In this document: piece after piece, positions 25,740-39,070 of the stretch
Numbering within the stretch: position 1 is the stretch's first letter
Layout of the letters: every line of letters starts with the position of its first letter
Assembly (NCBI RefSeq): GCF_000485595.1
Contig: NW_014577091.1
Coordinates: 310,788-361,258 of the forward strand
DNA length: 50,471 nt
Direction of reading: 5' to 3'
From: Priapulus caudatus
Taxonomy: Eukaryota
The notes under the pieces: generated by a model
Database searches by the model: none
What the model saw: only the letters and a program-made list of their open reading frames with translations
What the model was told of the DNA's origin: nothing
Program-made: the position numbers and the translations under genes

Positions 25740-27725
25740 TCAGTATCTACGACGCTTTGTATCACCAACACCAGCGAAGTCCTCGCGGCCACGGCGATCA
25801 CCCAGGCGGGGAAGCGGCGGTGGCTCCCTAAGCAAACCCATGTCCCCTCTTCTGTTCCCCATTCCACCACGAGGACCCATGTCCCTGACCATGTTCCCAG
25901 CATTGGCAATATCGCCCATTGCACCCGCCATCATGTTTCCGGTTCCGGCAGTAGACCCACTCATCTGATTTTCGAATCCCGGTTCGCGGTTGCCCATATT
26001 ACCGCTGTTTCCCATATTACCGCTGTTTCCCATGTCTTGGTTGCCGCCCATCGCGGTGCCACCGCTGCTGCTGAAGTTTGCGCCTCCATACCCACTGCCG
26101 CCCAGTCCTCCCTCAGTTGACATCTGGCCGGTTCCGACGTTGGTGTTAGTACGGCGGCGGATGATCTCCTCCTGCCGCTGCCGGATGAGGAGCTCGTTGC
26201 GGGTACGCTCCTCCTCGCGAAGCCGGTCCTCCTCCTGTCTCCGCATCTCCATCTCACGTCTGCGCACCTGCTCCTGAGCGCGCGCCTCCTCCATCCTCGT
26301 CAGCTCCTCCTGCCGCCGCATCAGGTCCTGCCTCATCAGCATCGTCTGGTGGTCGTGCCATGACTGGTCCATCTCCATCTCCAGCTTCTCTCTCGCCTCT
26401 CTGATGTTCTTCTCCAACTGGTCTCTCTGCGTCTTCTCGAGCTCGTACAGCTGCTTCCACCTGTTGCCAAACTCCAGCTCAAACGATCCAGGAGCGGCGA
26501 ATCTTGGCTTGGCCTCGCGTTCGCGATGAAACATGGCGTTTTTCATGATGGCCTTTTCAGACAGACCATCCTCCTCATCTCTTTGCTCAAGGGGATGGAC
26601 AATGATAGGTCTAGGTGAGGCAGTCAGAAGGAACACAGACTCGTTCACTCTGGACATAGCATTCTGGGCTGATACCTTCCTCTCAAACTCGACTATACCC
26701 TCACCAGTTGGCCGGCCTCTCTCATCAGGAATCACGATTGCCCTCTCGATACGTCCGAATCGTGAAAACGCTTCGTCGAGCAACTCGTTCGAGACGGACG
26801 GGAGAAGATTCTTCACTTTAATAGCAGCTGTGTGGGCTGCAAAGCGCACACGCAGCATTCGGCCTTTCCTTGTTATGCCATCCAGTGCAGCTTTGGCTGC
26901 CTCAGCATGGGCCCTGGTGTCCAGTCGAATGAAACCGAAGCCTTTCTCACGATTGCAGTATGCCTCCGAAACCTCTCCGTGATCCTTGAACAGCTTGTTC
27001 ATTTCACCTTCGTCGAAATCGTTAGTGAAATTTCCGACGAAGAGACGACAGCGACCGGTGAATTTCTTCACCTCTTTCGGCTTGTCTTCCTCCTGGGCCG
27101 CGGCGCGCTCAGCCTCCAGCTTTGCAGCTTCGTTGTTCATCTGCATCTGGTTGCGACCATGGAATCCTCCTCGACCACCACGGCCAGCGCGACCATAGCC
27201 TCTTCCACCGATGCCACCGCCGATGCTTGTGATGCCGCCACCACCACTGCCGCCGCCACCGCTGCCGCCGCCACCACCGCCACCACTGCCGCCGCCACCA
27301 CTGCTGCCGCCGCCACTGCCGCCGCCGCCTCCACCACTGGCAGGGCCCCCACCACTGGCAGGGCCCCCACCACTACGGTCTAACCCCCCGCCGCCGCCTC
27401 GACCTCCACGGTGGTCGTACCCTCCTCGTCGGTTATCAAACCCGCTACGTCCGCCGCGATCCATGCGGCCTCTGTTGCCTCTGAAGCTGCCACCGCCACC
27501 ACCACCACCTCCAACACCACCACGGTCAACACCACCACCACCACCACCGCGTCCACCACGTGCTCCTTCAGGCTTGACGGTGAAAGGTGGTTGGTTGTCT
27601 CGCTCTCCATTAGTAGGCTTTACGTTCACGTTGGGCTTATCTGGAGTTGGCCCAGGTTTTGGCGTAGAGACGGCTTTCGGGTCGAGTTTTGGAGGTGGCG
27701 TTTGCTCAGGCTTTACACTTGCCAT
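25740..27725 (-). CDS. NONO: DBHS-family RNA-binding protein (NONO/SFPQ/PSPC1/NonA/Hrp65-like), single-exon CDS, 661 aa
   Basis: Uninterrupted ORF. Pro-rich then RGG/Gly-rich N-terminus; RRM1 (KKFTGRCRLFVGN...KGFGFIRLD); RRM2 (IKVKNL...VSNELL...DERGRPTGEGIVEF); NOPS segment (PRFAAPGSFELEFGNRWKQL); E/R/Q-rich coiled coil; C-terminal NLS KRRRY as in vertebrate NONO. The symbol is a family label; one-to-one orthology to NONO cannot be established from this sequence. Confidence 0.96.
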   Translation of the reverse strand: MASVKPEQTPPPKLDPKAVSTPKPGPTPDKPNVNVKPTNGERDNQPPFTVKPEGARGGRGGGGGGVDRGGVGGGGGGGGSFRGNRGRMDRGGRSGFDNRRGGYDHRGGRGGGGGLDRSGGGPASGGGPASGGGGGGSGGGSSGGGGSGGGGGGGSGGGGSGGGGITSIGGGIGGRGYGRAGRGGRGGFHGRNQMQMNNEAAKLEAERAAAQEEDKPKEVKKFTGRCRLFVGNFTNDFDEGEMNKLFKDHGEVSEAYCNREKGFGFIRLDTRAHAEAAKAALDGITRKGRMLRVRFAAHTAAIKVKNLLPSVSNELLDEAFSRFGRIERAIVIPDERGRPTGEGIVEFERKVSAQNAMSRVNESVFLLTASPRPIIVHPLEQRDEEDGLSEKAIMKNAMFHREREAKPRFAAPGSFELEFGNRWKQLYELEKTQRDQLEKNIREAREKLEMEMDQSWHDHQTMLMRQDLMRRQEELTRMEEARAQEQVRRREMEMRRQEEDRLREEERTRNELLIRQRQEEIIRRRTNTNVGTGQMSTEGGLGGSGYGGANFSSSGGTAMGGNQDMGNSGNMGNSGNMGNREPGFENQMSGSTAGTGNMMAGAMGDIANAGNMVRDMGPRGGMGNRRGDMGLLREPPPLPRLGDRRGREDFAGVGDTKRRRY

Positions 27726-27755
27726 TTTACGTTGATTTGTTGGAACTACAGTAAC

Positions 27756-27775
27756 CTGTTGGTAACAAATAAACT
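27756..27775 (-). other. Putative splice acceptor 30 nt upstream of the DBHS start codon
   Basis: Minus strand reads tttatttgttaccaacag|gttactg...aaaATGgc; the exon would begin at 27755. Confidence 0.6.
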
Positions 27776-29867
27776 GCGAGGTAAGGGGCTGGGAGCTCAG
27801 AACCCTAACAGAAGTCCCATGGAAGTAGTTGGATATAATTTGGTATTGAATACAGATGTTTTACAATGGCGGTCGTGTTCCTATAGCGTGCAAAGTTGCC
27901 TGTCTGAAAAACAAGTATAGGGACTAATAGTATTAGTTCACAGACTTTCGTGTAGCAGAATATCATGACGCACTAACTGCCGTGTATGAGAACATATACC
28001 TGTACCTATGCATAGGCACAATTATGTCCAACCTACACGACATGAAGGGTGAATTAGGCAATGTCATTCCATACAAAGTCAATATTTTGCGACCATTTCA
28101 TACAACTTACCACAATATTGCATGCCTAGAGGTTCAAACCTTTCAGATGTACTGCACAACCTGTACAGCCAAATAAATATGGGCACAACAGTCCTGCCCA
28201 GCCAAGTGTTTAACGACCACCCAAACTATCCAGAAATCCTCAACAAAGTCACTGTCAAAACAATGCCGCACCTGCTGTCAAAGCTGATGTACTGGTAGTG
28301 CTGTAACCAGTTACCGCCTCTACAGAGAGCCTATTAAGCACATCAGCCTATCAGCTGTTGCTGCTGCCCAAACGCAAGCATCATGCAAGATTATATTAAG
28401 TTAAGAAGTTATTAAGACCTGACTGTGCAAGCCAGCCAAGGCTGATTTTTAATGAACCCTAGCTTAACTGTGAATACATATTCTACCTACTTATTCTACT
28501 AAATTTTCAACCATGCTATTGACCCAGTACGACGTGCCAAGTCAAACTTTCACCAACTGACAGCACAGGTGCCAATCATAGATTATCACAACACAGGGGT
28601 TTTCTGCTTAATTTTGGATGAAAATAAAGCTTGAACAGCAGAACACCACCTTTCGTCACCACCAATACACCATTCCATCTCAGCTCTGTATGAAAGCCCA
28701 GTGATTGTCTTGACGTTTTATTTGCTGTAAATGCACCAATACTTGCACTAAATGCAGAGTATTTAAAACCTCAAAAAGACGTGAGTCAATATTAGTTGCA
28801 AATTCAGTGTAACAGCATCCACACATTCAGAAGACATTCTTTCAAAAGAACGTTCTGATAAACATACTATGCAGTATGCGCAAAATTGGTATTCAGCTCA
28901 GGCAAAGAATATGCTGATCAGCAGATCAGCAATTTGTCCGTCAACTAAAAAAGCACTGCTTAGTCTTCTAAACGTAATAAGTGCCACTGTGGACAGACAC
29001 AACAAGTCCTGACTGTAGAGGGTTTAATTAAAGCCACATCTTTAGTGCATTCGGAACTCTCAATATCTACTTGGTTCACACTAGTCAACTCGTAAGATCG
29101 ATTACTAAATACTAATGTATCAGTTTCTATAAACCATACCCAGTATGATAGAGCTAATCCAGTAGAATACCACCATTCAACTGGTGGCATGATTCGCAAG
29201 AATTTATCTCCAAGCACACTGAAACGGAGCAACAGCTTTTACTGCATTTAATTAGCACGCATAAACCTAAACACTCCCGGTGTTTAAATTTTTGCTGGAA
29301 AGTTTTTTTTTATTCATTGTAAAGGAAGGATAGACTAAGTCATCTACCAAGACCATACAAAAACCAAGTAAAGGACTATGGAGAGGAGAAAGAGATAAAT
29401 GGGGAGTACGAGGAGACAGTACAAGTGCCGCATAGCGACAGCGCTCATCTAACGTCTACTGCGGTGACTCTGTGGTGGAGTGGTGGGATTCTAGTAAACC
29501 CTGTTAGTCCCAAATGTGTTCACATACACGCCGAAACAGTGGAATGCACAGGGATGGTATCAGGAACCTTCTCAAAAGAAATGTTCGTTGGGATCGTTAT
29601 GAAAGTTGCCACGAGATGGTTAAGTGATCTTCAGATTAAAGAGTGGAAGCTCCCATCAATTCGTAGTAGCAACACTATTTGCAAGACAGAATCTAGGTAA
29701 GCACTCATCCATTTACCTACGCAAGCCACAGGCTGGCAAATTTGCAATAGAGAGCTGCCACCTGTAACCAATTAATGCAGGCAAAAACTGCCCCAACACA
29801 TGCACAGCCACTGGCAGTGGCATACGTGACATGTAACCAACTGACAGTACAGAATGACATAGAAATT

Positions 29868-30787
29868 ATACGATTTAAGGAATATACACCTTCTTTAACC
29901 AAATTTAGCTTTTGAAATTTCACTGTACAATTGTAGCCTCATACATCCAGGCATGTATAGATTCTACTAGCAAACCCGGCAGTCAAATTCTTTCTAACAG
30001 ACAGTCAACAAATCCATGTTTAACCCTCCTCTTGAGGTAGGGGGAGGGGAGGGAGTGGGGAGGGGTGGGGGAGGGGTGGGGGAGGGTGATGGCGGGAGCG
30101 GGATGGTAGGGCGAGGGGGGGAGGGGAAAGGGGAGGGTGGGGGAAGGGGCTCTAATAGCAAAAAGCAGTTCACTCCTTTGTTAACAGTCAACAAAATCCA
30201 TGTTTAACCCTCTCTTGAAGGGTCAAAAGGTTATCGACACTTCTACTCTTCGCATGTCAGCAGACGGGAATTCATGGTCGCCTTCAATAAAAGCGCATAA
30301 AAACTGCTAGGTCACACGCTGAAACAAATAAAGTTTTTCCAATCGCTCCGTCAGGAACCATGTTCTCAGAAAATGCATCTAAAATCTGCCCTGTGCGCCC
30401 GATTGACCTTTGACCTGTGACGCTCCCCATTTCGGCACAGTGGATGCCTTTCCTTACCATGATCCTGATAACACCGACTTATCACGAGCCTAGGTCGAGC
30501 CGTTTAGATTTGTGCCGCAATTCCTGCATTATCCTCCCTATAACCTTAAGTTAAAGGCAGTTGATGTTCCCTCTTCTTTTACACCTCATTGACCTTTGAC
30601 CTTTGACCCCAGGCTTTGACACCCAAACTCGTTTTGACGTTCCCCCAAATTGCCGAATATGTGACCCGTACGTCGAGGGTTAGATTTGTGCCCAGACTGT
30701 TCGACGCGCACGCCCACGGAACGGACGATCGGACGGACGATCAAGCGATTCTACAAGCTGCATCTGACTATGTCAGATGAGCTAAAA
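29868..30787. mobile_element. Dispersed repeat, HINE/Helentron (DINE-1)-like, copy 1
   Basis: TGACCTT repeats, a CGGA microsatellite, and a terminal hairpin agctgcatctgactatgtcagatgagct followed by an A-run; direct copy at 35567-36245. Confidence 0.7.
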
Positions 30788-33332
30788 ATGGTGATAGAAA
30801 GGATGGGGGAGAAGATGTAGCAAAATCGAACAAACGCTACAAATAGAAGACCTTATCTCACATGGACACACAAACAGATACATTGGACAATGTACAGTGT
30901 TATTTGTATGCAAAAAAATCCGGTATGTTAGTCAGGCACACCCAAGACAGGTTAAAAGGTAGGTTAACTGTTTTCAGATTTTTTTGAAGCATTACAGGCT
31001 TACAGCATTAACGAACACTAAGCAAAAGGAAAAATATCAGTTCTCATCGAATCATCTTCACATAGAATATACCAACTCAATGTTTGAGGTGTTGGAGAAT
31101 CGTCGGTTTCAGCAGCATTAAGCAAATGAGCACATGTATGTATACCGTTTAGTCATTCATTAGACAATATAATTTACACTGTTTTAAAAAAGACAAGCTT
31201 GTACGACGAAACTTTCTTTTCATCTAAATTCTGAATATCCTTTAGTAAACCTCAAATATTGTTAAGATTACAAAGAGATTTCACTGCATGCTATCATACC
31301 AAAAAAACTGAATAGCCTTCATTTTCAATTAAGTTTCTACTGATAAAGAATGCTTCATATCTTCATATATAATGATGTACTACGATCATTTACGCAAATT
31401 TATTGCCAACCAGGTTTCAACAATCTTATTGGGAAACCACAGACGTCGCCTGTATGCAGCTTCAATGGAGTTCTTTAGCTACAAAATGTACCCATGCCAT
31501 TGAGTACAGCATGAACCTGATAACACAACCAAACAATCACAACTGTGTGGGGAGTAGTATGCCTTCACGAACCATGCGCATGTTGTCGCGACTTAAGACC
31601 AATCAAAGCATGTACTTGGCTCAGCTCACAGTGGTGTTTCTGACACCAGGTTGACTACAAATAGATCTACGATTGCCACTGCCTCGATTACTGCAGAACA
31701 ATCAGTAATGAATCGGTCTGGTTTCACAAAAGACACTCTTCAGCAGGACTGAAATGTAACCCGTACTTCTTTTCACATATATGCATGCAATATATAGAGG
31801 TAAATTATTCATTGATCAAACAGATCTGACTTGAATGGAATGACATTAACCCAAATTCACTGTACGGTAGCCGCGAGTAGTACAGCTCTGTGAAATTAAG
31901 AGTCAGTGCTTCTGGTGATATAAAACTTGTAATCATCTACAGATGGAATTGTCAGGATCAAACCAATTTCATTGCGCTGGAAAAGATTTACAATAAAAAT
32001 AATAAATAAGGCACAATTGCAATTCACGTAGCCACTACCAGTGGTCCACTAGTTGTGTGGTAACAACTAAGTTGCCTTTTTCATTTCTACTTCATGTTCC
32101 AATTCAGGTGAATTTACGCACGTGTAGATTCCGATTAAAAAGTGATTTTCCATGGATGTCTAATCTGTGGAAAGTAAACCAATATCGAATAAATGAACTC
32201 GGCATTCAACTCGAACTTGAATGTTTTACCTGTTCGGAAGGCTGCGTAGTAGCACAAAGTAATCTTTTAAAGCCCACCTACACATAATAGCATTACGTGA
32301 TATTGCATGTGGATATGCAATAACTGTAGTGTGTTGAAGCTGAATAAATCATGAGCGCCGGAATGATAGTAATATCCCCATTTGCAGACTGTCACCAAGC
32401 AGTCATGACTGCTACGCATGTTACATTGGCATTAACTTGACTGTAGATCACCATTCAATAATAGCCATTTCCAGTGTGCAAACACAAGGTGCCACATTTT
32501 CTATCTTTCTTCACACGATCACGGAAAGATCATAAAAGACATCACACCTGAAAAATAATGTAATAATTATAATACTCTCAGCGTGACAAAAGTTTTAACA
32601 TTGCCACTCCTTCCCAAACTAGAAGTGTAGAGTACCATCCCGCATTACGACAACCCAGGTTACGTATATTCGCACATAGGCAACACATGAATTATATCAA
32701 CTTTACTGCGATACAAGATAAAAGTTCGCTATTCTGTAGTTTAAAAAAATGAGAGGTTCGTTTACTTAAAAATGGCATGCTTCATCCCGTAAATTTAATT
32801 TCCGTAGTTAATACGCCACCAGGTGCCAAAATGTGAATGGTCACCTTTGATACATGTATGCACTGTATATTGTATTGCTATCACAGTAGTCCTTTTGTCC
32901 TAATCTACATACATGTGCTCTGCTTGAGAAATGTGTTTGTTCCTGTAATCAGTATATTCCAGGTCAGAATTTGCCAATACTATCCCACAGCTGGACAATG
33001 CCGGTAAATTATAAACAGGTCCGATGAAATTCTCAGTTTTACCAAACTGTGTGTCGGGCACCAGTATCATACTTACAAAGTACCATGCTTAGAGATTAGA
33101 CCAAGTACATATTCACATTTAAAAAAGTGGCACATTATCAAATACATTCAGGAGGAAATACTAAATAAGGCCATGTCTGTTGTAATATCTATCATATTAA
33201 CAGTGCATACCCCTAGCCACTTGATGGGACAAAAATATAGGAAATATAGGAGAAATATAGGAATTTTGAGTAATTGAGCAGAAGCTGTGCAGACATTCAC
33301 CCTACAACCTTGGCTCCTGGAAGGTCTCGAAG

Positions 33333-33524
33333 TTGAAACAATTCAGTAATACTTGCAGTATGCAGGAACGGGATATTGCATTTTCAAAGAGATATGCACA
33401 TGACCTGTACAACTTCATGAGAACAACTCATCTCAGAATGCTTGGTTTAATCCAGGTCCACCGGATAGAGGTGGAGTGCCTTGATATTGCACTACAGCAA
33501 GTTCTGGTGAAGATGTTCTTATGA
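33333..33524 (+). pseudogene. Fossil hAT transposase C-terminal dimerisation (hATC)-like fragment
   Basis: NFMRTT..LRMLGLIQVHRIEVECLDI...VL..F resembles the hATC tail (YLRSTM...RL..LALL.IHR...D...V...F); flanked by AAATATAGG repeat clusters (33233-33262, 33846-33910). Confidence 0.4.
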
Positions 33525-35566
33525 GCTACAGTGCCATCCACCCTACAAATATCATCTTTTATGCCAAGGATCAGTTGCTTGTAGTTGTAATCTAACTACA
33601 AGCATGACAAATGCTGTGGACAGGATACACAAGCAAATATCCAAAATTGGCTGCCAAGGCATTATCACACAAATAAGCATACTACCCACTTATGTCTCAG
33701 GGGTCAAGGAAATATTATAGAGAAGACTGCTGCAATGAATGTTCTTGGAAATGAAAGTCCAATATCTGTCTATACAAGAGACTCGGTCGGCAATAATAGA
33801 TGATCTCTCCCCTTAACAAGTTACCAAAAAATTGCCAGCCACTCAAAATATAGGATCGAAAAATAGGAAATATGTTTTATAGGATCTTATAAAATATAGG
33901 AAATATAGGTCTAGGAGGTATGCAATGGTAAATTCCATGACATGGAGGCTGGCATATTGTTTTTCTACCATGCATTGCTCAAAACGACTCAATTTTTGCC
34001 AATAAAATGTGTCCTGGCTATTCACATGCATTTGTGTACAATTACTCTAATTCAGAGGGACTCAATTGAGCTATATATATAGCTACTAAAATATGGCAAC
34101 ATTATCATGTACTCAGTTGAGTAATACATATTTAAGGTACATGTTTCACATACTCTAATATTTTTGGTCCGACGAAAAGTCCTCCGGTCCTGTAAAAAAT
34201 ACAAATTTACAGGATCGAACCTGCTGTAAAATAAAATCCCCTGCGACCCCTGCTCCAGGTATATGTTATGAATTTTGAGAGCAGCTCACAATGACTTCAA
34301 GCTGCTACAAGAAGCTGTACAATGAGAAGTTCTGGCGTAAACGGCAACAAACTTCATAATATTACTTTGACCTTCAGGTCACGGACTGAAACACCCGAAC
34401 CCAACAATGATACCCCCAACAAAAGTGGGCCAGTCGGTGACTATGTTCCTCCCTCTCCCTCCAATTTCCAAAGAATTCTGATTCTATAGATAGCCTTTCT
34501 CTGTCAGTACTATCACGTATACAGCATCACATCCAAGACGGTGGCTGTAATAATTGTATCTTGACTGCATCTCTGAAAATATTTAAATATGCAATTGTAT
34601 AGAAAATTGCCAAACCGTGTTTTGGATTGGATAACTTCTTTTAATATCAGTGCAGCTAAACAGACTTGATCCCCATAACATTGCCATATATCCATACCGG
34701 TTAGAACCATTCGCTGGGTGCTATGTGAGACAATCGCTTAAAGCTCAGCTTTAAAAAGAACCAATAATAAATTTCTATAATTTTATAAAAGCTACGCATT
34801 TCGTCGCATGGTCGCCGAGTGATACAAGAGGTAGTAGGAAAAGCAGTTTGAATAGCATTTTTCTAGCATAGTGCCATCTTGCTATACACATGTACAAGCA
34901 TGCACCATAAAACTCGCAGAACATTGCCATACTATCATAAAATTGTCGCTGGAACTTCGCCAAGCAGGGTGCTGAAATTTTAAACAAAAATTTGTGTGCC
35001 TTAAAAACAGCATAGATATATATATACAAACACACTATACAACTCTCCAATATTGGTGTTTCCCCCGGGAATTTCATATGGCACGTCACTTACGGGTGGA
35101 TGGAAAAGAGACAGGGAGGGGGTCATACCAAATGGAGTCATTTACACGTGTCAAAAGCAGTCACAATACACAGGAAAAATTGCTCAGTTCGGAGACGTAT
35201 AAATCAAGCCTGATTGTGCTGGGATTGCTACAAGTAACCACAATGGAAATTCAGACATGTCGATTTTAAGCAATTAAGGCATGTTGGACCCGACATGCGT
35301 TTTAAAAAGGCCTGGGAAGAACCATCTAACATATAACTGCAAAATTATCTTTTTTCATTTCGCATATTTTAAAAATTTACCAACAATGGCTTCTTGTATA
35401 ACATATTTTTTGAAAGAGTGCAGAGATAAACCAACTACTTCTTTGTAGGCATAAACAGTTACTGATGAATTCCTAAACATTATCTAGCTATTTATTTGCT
35501 ACTAATGTAATACCTGTGCTATTAATCTCTCTAATAAAATTGGTTTTGCATAATTCTTGAAACGGT

Positions 35567-36245
35567 ACGATTTAAGGAGCATAAACCTTCTTCAACCAAA
35601 TTTAGCTTTTGAAATTTCACTGTGACATTGTAGCCTCATACATCCAGGCATGTATAGATTCTACTAGCAAACCCGGCAGTCAAATTCTTTCTAACAGTAG
35701 GCCCTAAACAAATCCATGTTTAACCCTCCTCTTGAGGGTCAAAAGGTTATCCAACACTTACTCTTCACATGTCAGCAGAAAGTACATTTCATGATCTTTT
35801 CAATAAAGCCTTAAAAATGCTAGGTCACCGCTGAAACAAAAAAGTTTCCAATCGCTCCGTCAGACCATGTCCTCAGAAAATGTCTAAAATCTGACCTGTG
35901 CCCCATTGACCTTTGACCTCCAATTTCGGCACAGTGATGGCTTTTCCTACCATGATACACCGACTATCACGAGCCTAGGTCGAGCCGTTTAGATTTGTGC
36001 CGCAATTCTGCATTTCCTTCCTATACCTTAAGTTAAGGAGGGAATGTTCCCTTCTTTTACACCTCTTGACCTTTGACCCCCAGCTTCAACATCCCAACTC
36101 GTTTTCGGATTAACCCCCCACGTCCCAAATATCGTGACCGTACGTCGAGCCGTTTAGATTTGTGCCCAACTGTTGACGCACGGACGGACGGCTGCACGCT
36201 CATGCGATTCTACAAGCTGCATCTGACTATGTCAGATGAGCTAAA
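35567..36245. mobile_element. Dispersed repeat, HINE/Helentron-like, copy 2
   Basis: Colinear with 29868-30787 but lacking the G-rich insert and some internal units. Confidence 0.7.
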
Positions 36246-38360
36246 CACATGGCAGCAGCTATTACATTTCGGGTGACGCCACGCGTGTACACAACAGGAT
36301 TTCAAACGGAATTGCAAGTAGTGCTAAGACTTGTGAGGAATAAATGCATAAATACAGTGTAAAGTTGTGGAAAGTGTTAAAAAGCCAGATCATTTTGCGT
36401 TTTGTGAGCGATTTTTTGTGGGAACTTTGGGGAGCTGGTGCAGCTGCGAAATCTAGTTCAAAATGTTCTATATAGCCATGCGGCAGTCACTGTACGCGGG
36501 CTATAGTACTAGAGCTAGTACCATACGTACCTGCAATGAACACTGCAAGACACAAACATTTGTCTACATATACTTCAACATTGTTTTGTTTTAGGGGTAG
36601 GACGATACGAGTAGCTCACAATATGATCCATATCACAAGACACTTCTCACGACGCAATACGCATTGCGATATCATCACTACACACTAGCGAAACTATCAA
36701 GCCGTGTTAATTCATCACAATTTTGTACAACTTTTAGGCAGCTTTCGATTTATTTAGTATTCTAACGCTTTTATTATTTATAATTATACAAGATGACTAA
36801 AGTACACCCAAACAGCACTTAGCGACTGTTGGAGTGACGTTTCTAGTAAAAGTTTCTGCGCCATTCAATTTGTTCAATCTCCAACCACATTAGCCAGACT
36901 TATGTGAGAAATGATGTTAGGTAAAAGTCCTTTGGTAAGCATGCCTTAGCATTTGCATGATAATGAGGAATGTTTGGCTGGGCACAAGAATACACGGAAC
37001 CTAGGATTCAGTCAATCATGTGAACGCTTGCAAATCAGTATCGCACACCATTTAGTTTTAACAACTGCTAGTGCATTGCAAAATGCGTTGTTTCATTTTT
37101 ATATATGAAAGTATGCCACTAAATTATATAATATGGATTTTATTCAGTGGAGCATAGATCTATGCGTGTATCATGACTATCCATCGCCAACTGTATCATA
37201 AAAATTTGTATTCCAATACATCAATGAATCGTCTCACCATCTAATGTGCTCACAGTTCCATTTTAAAAGCTTTATGTGAATTATTTTTAAATGAATATTA
37301 AACCGAAAGACATTTTGTAGCATATAGTGTGTAACATTTCACATGAGTATATTACAGAAGCAGGTGATTTTCCTAAGCATATGTGCATTTTGTATAAATA
37401 TAAATGCGCTATAGATGCTCAAGACAGTTGCGCGATTGCCTAGGGCAAGCGAAATTATGGCCGGGCAGCAAATTTTTATGATATTATTATGATTATATAA
37501 ATATAAATAAATTAGCAAATATAATTATGAAGGACCAAATAACTTTGATACTGTGACTGTAAATTCCCCAAGTATATGAAAAATAGAGACTTGACCACAA
37601 AACTAACCATGCAAGATAGCTTCATAAGTCATTACTGAATTAAGACTAATTGCATTCAGTTACCGACACAAGCTTGTCATCTTTTTGTTATTAACGTTCC
37701 AGCTATACACACAATTGTTTGTCAGTCCTGTTTGAGTGAGGTCGTTCAAACGTTTGCCATCAGTCTAGTGGGAAAGTACACCCTGGTCAGACATAAGAGC
37801 TACTGCCGTACTGGAAGTATTTGTTGCAACACTTGGGGGAAAAGTGTGGGTAATATTATACAATTCATTATTCCACAATATTGGAGCACTTCACCAAGTG
37901 ATGTACCACACTAAGACCTTATCCACATTACCTCACCATCCATAGATTCACAACCATGGTTCAAAATTAATAGCAACTAGCTGCAGTTTTGTTATCTACA
38001 ACTGGTTCCATTTGCTATCTGCTCTCAATGTTGGCAGCAAGTACTTGCTGTCTGGCAAAATAGGTAATTTCTAACCCTGATAACCTTTATATCACGGATA
38101 ACACTTGATAGCTAGGGTTAGATCAAGTTAGTTAGGAGTAAGTTTGGATCGAGGATAGTTTGGCCAATTAGCCATATCATCCATTGTTAAAATTCATCTC
38201 GTCCAAAAGGTGTGACTACCTGTGAAATAGATATAGCTTCTTGCAAAACAACTAACAGAAACAAACAGATATATACGTGATGAATAATACACTCAGGGAA
38301 AATTACTTTTCGCAGATATGCCAACGCCGGTGGCCTAACACAAAAAACGTATAGAGTTGA

Positions 38361-39070
38361 GGCCATCCTTAAAAAATTATATGTTTGCTGTCCTCCGACC
38401 AACCCACGAAAATAGCCGCGACCCCCAATTTTTTTTTTGACATTTTGGGTTCAATAAGTTTTTGTTACATTTTTCATACAAGACTGAAACACAAAGCTAG
38501 GGACAGTGATTTTCCGCGATCGCGGAAAACGGACGGAAAACACGGAAACGGCCATTGGAAACGGAAAAATGCAGAAAACGCAATTTGAACATATTACATG
38601 GAAATTTCAATAAAATCATTAAAAAAACGTCGACAATAGCATTGGTAGTGATATGGTTTACTTTGAGACAAGTTTCAGAGCAAAATGACTTACAATTACG
38701 TCTTTTGGTAGCCCTGTGTTTCGGTGCCAACCCAACTGTCAGTCAGTGACCAAATGCCTTTTTTCCATGCAAATATATGTAAACGGAATTTTGCATTTTT
38801 GGTGTGTACAATCTCTATGGCAAAACGGAATTTCCATTATTTCTTTACTTTGAAACGGAACTCATGATTTTCCCAAACGGAAAAGGCAATTTTTTGAAAC
38901 GGAAAATCACTGTCACTACAAAGCATGTGTCATTTGTGTGGCAAACATGAGGACAGACTTAAAATAACTATTATGCCTCGCAAAAAAAGGCCTAGCTACC
39001 TACTACCTACTACCCACTAAAAAAATAATGGGTCGGGGGACAGCAAACATAGAATTTTTTAAGGATGGCC
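38361..39070. mobile_element. PIF/Harbinger (Tourist-like) MITE with 3-bp TSD TGA
   Basis: About 40-bp TIRs ggccatccttaaaaaatt.tatgtttgctgtcc.ccgacc; tga on both flanks; hosts a nested hAT-like MITE. Confidence 0.85.
38498..38918. mobile_element. hAT-like MITE with 6-bp TSD (CAAAGC), nested
   Basis: Inverted copy of 18328-18770; TSD at 38492-38497 and 38919-38924. Confidence 0.88.

Noticed and set aside
25601..27920. Antisense and alternate-frame ORFs over the DBHS gene (e.g. poly-Pro 27211-27735, 26832-27383)
   Set aside because: Shadows of a GC-rich, low-complexity coding strand.
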